Below, piece by piece: positions 56,488-64,000 of a DNA stretch of 64,000 nucleotides (its first letter is position 1; each line of letters begins with the position of its first letter). This DNA comes from Octopus vulgaris (lineage: Eukaryota), in assembly GCA_951406725.2 (NCBI GenBank), contig OX597826.1:66650001-66714000 (forward strand), in the 5' to 3' direction. Under the pieces are notes generated by a model. It did no database searches. It was not told where the DNA came from and was given only the letters and a program-made list of their open reading frames with translations. The translations under genes were made by a program, and so were the position numbers.

Positions 56488-56989
56488 GAGAAAATATTGT
56501 ATCGTAAATGTCCTCCATGCAAATCACAAGGCTCACCCAGCACAACTATGATTCCAGTAAGGTAGCTCAATACTATGCATATTTGATTCATAGTTGATTC
56601 GTCTCGAAATATTCATCAGAGATCGTAAATGTCGCAGCTGGCAGTTTATCAGTTAAAATTCTTTTTTTCTATCAGCCTCGGAAGAATCCAATAGACACGA
56701 TAGTTGGTACAACTGTTAAGTCCACTCTGCATTTTGTGGAAAGTTTTACGACGCGTCGGTTCAGCAGTTGATTATTGAGCTTCTCGAAGGCGACCGCAGC
56801 AGACCTGAAGAATTGTTGAAGAATTAGAAACCATGCTAGCCTAAATGTCTTTTATCTTTTATTTGCTTCAGTCATTAGACTGCGGCCATGCTGGGGTACT
56901 GCCGCGAAGGTTTTAGTCGAACGAATCAGCCCCAGGACTGTAAATGATTAATTAACAGAGAATGCTTGCTTCTCACAATATAAAAATAT

Positions 56990-57340
56990 TTTCATGGCAC
57001 CAGCAGACAAAATGGAAAAGGCGTTGTCCCGGAGGATAGAGAGGGAGATGCACTGGGACAGCCACGTTGATTCACGGGGCTCAAACTTGCGGACAGCAAT
57101 CTCCACTCCGATAGCGACGAGCAGGGATATGGTTCAGGGGCTAAGAATGTCTGGGATCTTAGCTGCCACAAGCTCGACCAAAAAGTATGTCGGGGAGCGA
57201 CCGATACCATAATATTTTGCTTTTCTCAGCCTGACGGGGAGCGGTGCCAGGGCTGGTACCTGCCAAGACCAAGTGTCATAGCATGCAGCATCCCAGATGA
57301 AGGAGCCTGCTGTGACCACTTGCTCCAGATCCTCCTCAGT
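56990..57340 (-). mobile_element. CRE-like RLE LINE 3' fragment
   Basis: FIWDAACYDT (endonuclease WD.TC.DT motif) and EPRESTWLSQCISLSILRDNAFSI (QRISLA..RGNA motif). Confidence 0.7.
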
Positions 57341-57369
57341 ACTTACATTTCAAAATTTTGTGCTCAATA

Positions 57370-57542
57370 TAGGTGCAGGAGTGGCTGTGTGGTAAGTAGA
57401 TTGCTTACCAGCCACATGGTTCCGGGTTCAGTCCCACTACGTGACTCCTTGGGCAAGTGTCTTCTACTATAGCCTCGGGCCGACCAAAGCCTTGTGACTG
57501 GATTTGGTAGACGGAAACTGAAAGAAGCCTGTCGTATATATA

Positions 57543-57588
<46 letters not shown>

Positions 57589-57820
57589 AATATATGTGTG
57601 TGCGTGTGTGTTTGTGTGTCTGTGTTTGTCCCTCAACATCGCTTGACAACCGATGCTGGTGCGTTTACGTCCCCGTAACTTAGCGGTTCGGCAAAAGACA
57701 CCGATAGAATAAGTACTAGGCTAACAAAGAATAAGTCATGGGGTCAATTTGTTCGACTAAAGGCGGTGCTCCAGCATGGCCACAGTCAAATGACTGAAAC
57801 AAGTAAAAAGGTAAAGAGAA
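57370..57820 (+). mobile_element. SINE family A, full length
   Basis: Matches the other family A copies. Confidence 0.9.
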
Positions 57821-59743
57821 AGAGTATTCTCTTGATCTTTGTTGCCGAATCCTTGGCTCAGCCTCGGCAGAACCCAACAAAGGCGGTTGTAAGTACTTCT
57901 GGTGGGGTATCCTCTGCATTTCTCCTTCGTTAGCGCTTTCGGATCAAAGTGCTCTCTTCAGACCTTCATTTTGCTTTGTGCGGTTTTTTAAAATAGTTTT
58001 ATTATTATTATTATTAAAAGGAGCCTTTGACCAGCACCAACAATAACTGCCTCATAAATATACCAGCAAATTATACTCTGAATTTTATTGGTAGTTTTAC
58101 GCCTCTTTGATTTAACAGCCGATTACTGAACTTCTGGAAAGCGATCGCAGCAGACTTGAGGAGGTGAGGCAGTACATTGTCCAGATTGCTGTCACTAGAA
58201 ATCGTGATATCTCAAATATCTTTTATGCTTTACTTATCACTTGATTCACTGCAGCCTTGAAGGTTTTAATGGAACGAATCCATTCCAGAACTTATTTTTT
58301 AAAGGCTAGTACTTACTTTATAGGTTCTCGTTTGATAAACCGCTAAGCTATGGGAATGCATACAAACCAAAAACAATTGTCAAGCGTTTGGTGGGAGGCA
58401 AACACAAAGGCACACTCACACACACACATGCACACACACACATGCACGCACGCACGCAAACACACAGACGCATCTCACCACGCGCGCGCACACACACGCA
58501 CACGTGCACACACATGCACGCACATACAACGGACTTGAAAAACGATGTCCTGTCTTCCAAATTCACTGAAAAAGCATTGGGCGGCCCAGCGCTATGACAA
58601 CAAACACTTGCCCAAGTTGCTGTGCAGTGGAACTGAACCTGAAACAACGTTGTTGCAAAAGCGAATTTCTTAACTACACAGCCCACTGCTCAGGTAGATT
58701 CACGATCACGATGATGAGAGATTCAGTTCAGGAATCGAAACCAGAATATTTCGATCATGAGTCCAATACCGCCTAACCACTAAGCCACGCGCCTCCACGT
58801 ATCTTATTGTACTATGCTCTGTTATATCGTTCTATATTGTATTGTACTGATTAACACATTCCGTCTACCAAATCCACTCATATATATATATATATATATA
58901 TATACCATCTTGAATTATTTGTCAGACAATTCGACGCCAATGCTTAATTTTTTTAAGCTTGGTACTTATTCTAACGTTGTCTTTTGCTGAACCGCTGAGT
59001 TACGGAGACGCAAACACACCAGCACCGGTTGTCAAGCGGGGGCGGTGGAACAATCACACAACCACACACACACACGCACACACACACACACACACACGCA
59101 CACACACACACACACGCACACACACACGCGCACATGTATATATATATATATATATATAATGTTTAATCATATCAAAGGGAAATGGAATTTAATTAAAATT
59201 AAAATATTCAATCAAAATTTACATTTCCAGTGGTCTGACGTGCCAAAAAAAATTAGTCAAGAAGACTATATATTAATTATACGATATAGTGTATATTTAT
59301 ACACATAAGGAATCCACTTTACGTGAAATTCAACACATTAGAAAGAACAGCTAGGTTGACTGAAGATTGAAGGCTTCGAATGTCCCGTCCGTGTTTTTTG
59401 TATCGTCTTCTAAATGTTTTACGTTATTGTCCCAGTTGCATTTTTCTGCATATATATATATATATATATTTATATATTCGGATGTATTTGCCGTAAACAA
59501 AATATATGTGGCGTGCTCCAGCATGGCCACATTCTAATAACTGAAACAAGGAAAAGATAAGACACATATACCTATGTGGTTGCTTTTGTTGTTGTTGCCG
59601 TTATCATTTTTCACGTTGTTTTGATACTATTGTTTTGTCATCGTCGTTGTTGTTATTGTTATTGTTGTTGTTGTTTTTGTTGTTGTTGTTTAGTTATTGT
59701 CGTCCTTGCGGTTGCTCTTGTGCTCTCATCTGTCCTGTCGAAG

Positions 59744-59899
59744 GAATGTGACCTGAGTCACCGAGGACGGAGCACGCAACAGGACTGTGTCAGTCGGTTC
59801 ATTAACACACGCCCTCTCGCCACTCACAAAACCTGCACGCGACGACGAAAAGGCTACAAGTATAATATTCTGGGTGGGGTCAAAACTATATACACAAGG
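59744..59899 (+). CDS. Putative internal coding exon (phase 0-0, 52 aa: ECDLSHRGRSTQQDCVSRFINTRPLATHKTCTRRRKGYKYNILGGVKTIYTR), unknown protein, paralogue B
   Basis: Acceptor ...tgtcctgtcgaag| and consensus donor AGG|GTGAGT. 156 nt; the other two frames hit TGA immediately. Confidence 0.65.
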
Positions 59900-60436
59900 G
59901 TGAGTACCAGGAATGTCTCTCTCTCTCTTTCTCAATCTCTCTCACTCTTACCCTCACTCCTACCTCTCTACCTGTTTCCCCTCTCACCCTCTTGTATCTC
60001 TCTCTCTCCTTCCTATGTTTCTTTCTTTCTCTACAGACCTTGAGGTTTCGATCTACCATAAACCGGGTTCTATTCTAGTCCGAAATCTCGAACTTAGTAA
60101 CATAAATCATAAAATATTTCGGTTGAGTTATTTGAAGAACGCACGGCATAGCAAAATTAGAGGCCATGGTCATGATTTCGATCCCTGCTTGCAGCTAAAA
60201 TTTTTAGAAAATACATTTTTACATTTACATTCTTTATGTTGTGAAGCAAAGTCATAAACACCACAACTTCTCATTTTCGTCCATTTGAAAACTTATATTT
60301 TACTTTATTTTATTACTTTAATTATGGGTTCAATTATTAGACTCTCGTCAAGCTGTCTGCGGAGATTGTTGTATTTATACCCAGGTTCACACTGATCAAG
60401 AAGAACAACGATCAAAGGGATGCTAACCGTAAGTAC

Positions 60437-60499
60437 CCGATCTTAACTGATGAGGCAACGGAAATTGCCGAAACTGACGTCAGTTTTAAAAATTCTCGG
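60437..60499 (+). ncRNA. Type I hammerhead ribozyme motif (Penelope/retrozyme type)
   Basis: TTAA-CTGATGA-GGCAA(cggaaa)TTGCC-GAAA-CTGACGTCAG-TT-TTAA. Stem I extends via CCGA/TCGG. Confidence 0.7.
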
Positions 60500-60693
60500 A
60501 GGATATTTTTCGGACGATTATGGTCCCTGTTAGGGCATACGTTTTCATTCAGGTGCGTTGACTGCAACATTAGAGCATTTTTAGCTCTTATTTCTAGCAA
60601 TGTAGGTGGTTTTTAACACCCTAGTCACATTTAGTGACGGTTATAATTCTCATTTTTGGTGAAACATTGCAAGCTGCTGTTTATATTAACCTT

Positions 60694-60756
<63 letters not shown>

Positions 60757-60761
60757 CACAT

Positions 60762-60814
<53 letters not shown>

Positions 60815-60914
60815 CACATATATATGTATATCAAATAATATAAACATCAAATGTGGTTTATATTTGAAAATCATCCGCCGACTAAGTACTTTTAAAACCA
60901 GTTCAAAATAATAA

Positions 60915-61270
60915 TGAGGCAGTAGTGGTGATGGTGGTGAGTGTAATGGTGGTTAAAATGATGGTGGTAGTGATGGTGATGGGGGTTGTAGTGGTTTTGG
61001 TGGTGATAATAATGGTGTTGTTGTAGCGGTGGTACTGGTGATGGTGGTGGTGGAGGTGTTATGGTTGGTGATGCTGATACTGATGGTGATGATGGCTGTA
61101 GTGGTGATGCTGGTGGTGGTGGTGTTGATGGTAGTGGCGGTAGTGTTGGTTGTTTTGATGGCAATGATGGTGTTGTTGTTGTTGTTGGCTGTACTGAGGA
61201 TTTTGATGTGTTGTTGGAATGTTGGTGCTGATGATGATATTACTATTGATGTTGTTGTTGTCGTTATTAA
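60915..61270. repeat. Degenerate (GGT)/(GTT)/(GAT) microsatellite
   Basis: Visible. Confidence 0.9.
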
Positions 61271-61755
61271 TGTAAGTTCTTTTGAACAACCTATAAAGAG
61301 CCATTCAATATCTGTTAACTGTGATGTTTTTGTTTTGTGATATTAACCATGAATAGGAATACGGACAAATTAATAACGTATTCGATCCATTTTTATTGAC
61401 GATCAATTAACAATTAGCATATCTTCCCCCTATTTAAAATACCCCCTCCCCGGCGACATTTATTATGTCTTATTAGAGTAATTGTTATTAGTATTGAATA
61501 GTCAAGGTAACTTTAAGTTTTTGTCTCGGCTGGTTGTCATTTTTGTCGCTACGAATTAAGGGCAATAATCTTGAATGCTGACAACATTTACGGTTCATTT
61601 GCCTACTTTTATAAGAAAATATTTAAATCAGAATTGAAAATAACCTTTTCTGCAATGGTTAGAACAAATAAAGAAAAATGGCTGCCGTTGGAATTTCTTT
61701 GTTCGATGAAAAAATTGCACAGAGAAATACTTTCTTATAGAATTAAATAGAGTGT

Positions 61756-62025
61756 TGTTGTTGATTGTTCCTTCTCAAGCCATGACTGGCTCATAAGGGC
61801 CGGTTTCCCGGTTTCATTGGCGTATAGGTCTCCCACCCGGACGGGACGCCGGTCCGTCGCAGGAGTGCTGCTAGATGCAGGAGGAAAGAATGAGAGAAAG
61901 TTGTGGCGAAAGAGTCAGCAGAAATTCGCCATTACCTTCTGCCGGAGTCGCGTGGAACTTTGGTGTTTCGCTTATAAAGACACACACATCACCCGGTCTG
62001 AGATTCGACCCTGCGATCTCTCGAC
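61756..62025 (-). mobile_element. V-domain-like SINE copy
   Basis: Collinear with 14098-14410. Confidence 0.75.
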
Positions 62026-62162
62026 CTCGTGTCCGCAAATAGAAAGTGTGTGTGAGCCTTATTTATGATGTTATCTTTTGACTAAGCAAAGCGATCTAAG
62101 TTTGACATTATACAGGTTGAACTGTCTTATTACATATCTTCATGTTAATATTAAGAGTTTTG

Positions 62163-62352
62163 AAGGCGGTGAGCTGGCAGAATTGTGAGCACATAGGACA
62201 AAATGCTTAGCGACATTTTGTCTGGCTTTACGTTCTGAGATCAAATTCCACAGAGATCTACTTTGACTGTCAGAGTCGATAAAATAAATTCAAGTTGAGT
62301 GCTAGGGTCGATGAAATCGAAATTGCTGTCCTTGCGCCCAAATTTGAAACCA
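62163..62352 (+). mobile_element. Older SINE family B copy
   Basis: Head and tail recognisable, core partly deleted. Confidence 0.7.
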
Positions 62353-63509
62353 ATATTAAGAGTTCAGGATAAAATACTGCACTGTTCGTAACCCAACTGA
62401 AAAAACAAAATACTACATAATATATTTTCATATACTGAAATAAGAGAACATGGAATCAGCGTCGGAGTAGTAGAAAGTGTTTCAGTCTTCTGGACTAATT
62501 TCAAAAGACGGTTTGATATTTATCAAAATTATGAGCTGCAAATAGGGGGAAAAAAAAAGAAAGAAACTCTTTTTGATTTGAAAACAGGAAAAGCATTCGA
62601 TACTTTTACCTTAAAATTTGAGTTAATCCAATTACAATCTGATAATATTTTGATATCTCTTTATATTGTCATGTACAAAGACACTGAAAAATATCCACGT
62701 TTGAAGAATCATCTACGGCGAAATGCTTCACCGTTTTTCTCCCATTTACAGATTTAAACACTTTTTCTTAACTTTGAATTTAGCAAAGAACAATTTGCAT
62801 GTCAGACTGAGTGATAGTAATCTTGGAAACCAAATAAAAATTACTCCACCATCATCAATCCTATCTGAAATCTCCAAGTTTTTCAAAACAAATCACGGCT
62901 AACGTTCTCATTAAGATGTAGTGTAAGAAGTTTTATTGAATTTAAAACATTATACTCTATGGCGCCTTTACTGTTTCGGCATTTTAAGCATTATAACTAT
63001 TTAGTTAATTAATTAATGCATTATATCATTTTAATCAATATTGTCTAGTGTGATCGCGTGCATTCTTATGAATTTGTAAAATCAAAGATTCATTATTTTC
63101 TTTTCAGCGCAAGATGTAGTCCAATAGATTTCTATACACTTACAATTTGCCCCTGGTACTAAAAAGGTTTCTCACTCCTGGCAAAGCAGCTCTATCACCG
63201 GAGGTCCATTGCAGCGACACTTGGGAAGTTTCTCTTTATCTCAAACCGGGAATTTCTTCGTTCAGCCTTAAAGAATGGAATATATTCTTGTGTTGTTGTT
63301 GTTATTGTTGCTGTTGTTGTTAATGTTGTAGTTGCTGCTGTTTAGTACTCAGGCCTACTCCTGTACAAACAGTTTTAGGATGCTTCATGGGTCTGTTTTA
63401 GGATGCTTCAAAGATGCTTCAGCGATGACAATTATTCCTCTTTAATATATATATGTATGCATGTGTATATATATACATATATATACACATATATATATAA
63501 ATATATAGA

Positions 63510-63557
<48 letters not shown>

Positions 63558-63563
63558 TCTCAT

Positions 63564-63754
63564 TTACTCTCGCTTACTTGTTTCAGTCACTTGACTGCGG
63601 CCATGCTGGAGCACTGCCTTTAGTCCCTTTAGTCGAGCAAATCGAACCCAGAACTTAGTCTTTGTAAGCCTAGTACTTATTCTATCAGGCTCTTTTGCCG
63701 AACCGCTAAGTTACGGGGACGTAAACACACCAGCATCGGTTGTCAAGCGATGTT

Positions 63755-63806
<52 letters not shown>

Positions 63807-63958
63807 CGACGGGCTTCTTTCAGTTTCCGTCTACCAAATCCACTCACAAGGTCCGAGGCTATAGTAGAAGACATTTGCTCAAAGTGTCACGCAGTGGGAC
63901 TGAACCTAGAACCATGTGGTTAAGTAAGCTACTTACAACACTGTCACTCTTGCGCCTA
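63564..63958 (-). mobile_element. SINE family A, full length
   Basis: Matches the other family A copies. Confidence 0.88.
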
Positions 63959-64000
63959 TATGTGTGGGTGTGTGTATTTACATGCATACCTTCATACATA

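Noticed and set aside
56676-56830. Exon candidate after a strong acceptor
   Set aside because: Stops in all frames, and part of it recurs at about 58110-58160, indicating a dispersed repeat.
59744-59899. Resemblance of the exon to secreted AID/APOBEC-like deaminases (…KTC…YNIL)
   Set aside because: The SPCxxC motif is absent and no HxE-containing exon was found.
60037-63170. Next exon of gene B at acceptors about 60036 or 63107
   Set aside because: Phase-0 frames end after 13 and 3 codons respectively and have no counterpart downstream of paralogue A.

Overview
AT-rich eukaryotic (animal) genomic DNA packed with microsatellites ((TA)n, (CA)n, (TACA)n, (TAA)n, (CAT)n, (CAC)n, (CTT)n) and tRNA-derived SINEs. 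From recognition, not a search, the repeat families look like those of octopus (coleoid cephalopod). Almost every ORF in the supplied track is a simple-repeat artefact. Real content: (1) many SINE copies built from shuffled head, core and tail modules; (2) decayed DNA transposons (hAT, DD37D/maT, Tc1/mariner and pogo MITEs), several nested; (3) LINE remnants (R4/Dong-like, CRE-like, L1/Tx1-like); (4) a complete 1.68-kb, TSD-flanked retroposon encoding only an ORF1/zinc-knuckle protein (HAL1-like), inserted in a probable solo LTR, plus two older ORF1-type relics; (5) Penelope/retrozyme-type repeats, including one well-formed hammerhead ribozyme motif; (6) the only convincing host-gene signal, two paralogous 156-nt phase-0 exons on opposite strands (43009-43164 minus, 59744-59899 plus) encoding a 52-aa peptide of unknown family. 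No tRNA, rRNA, CRISPR array or complete gene could be supported.
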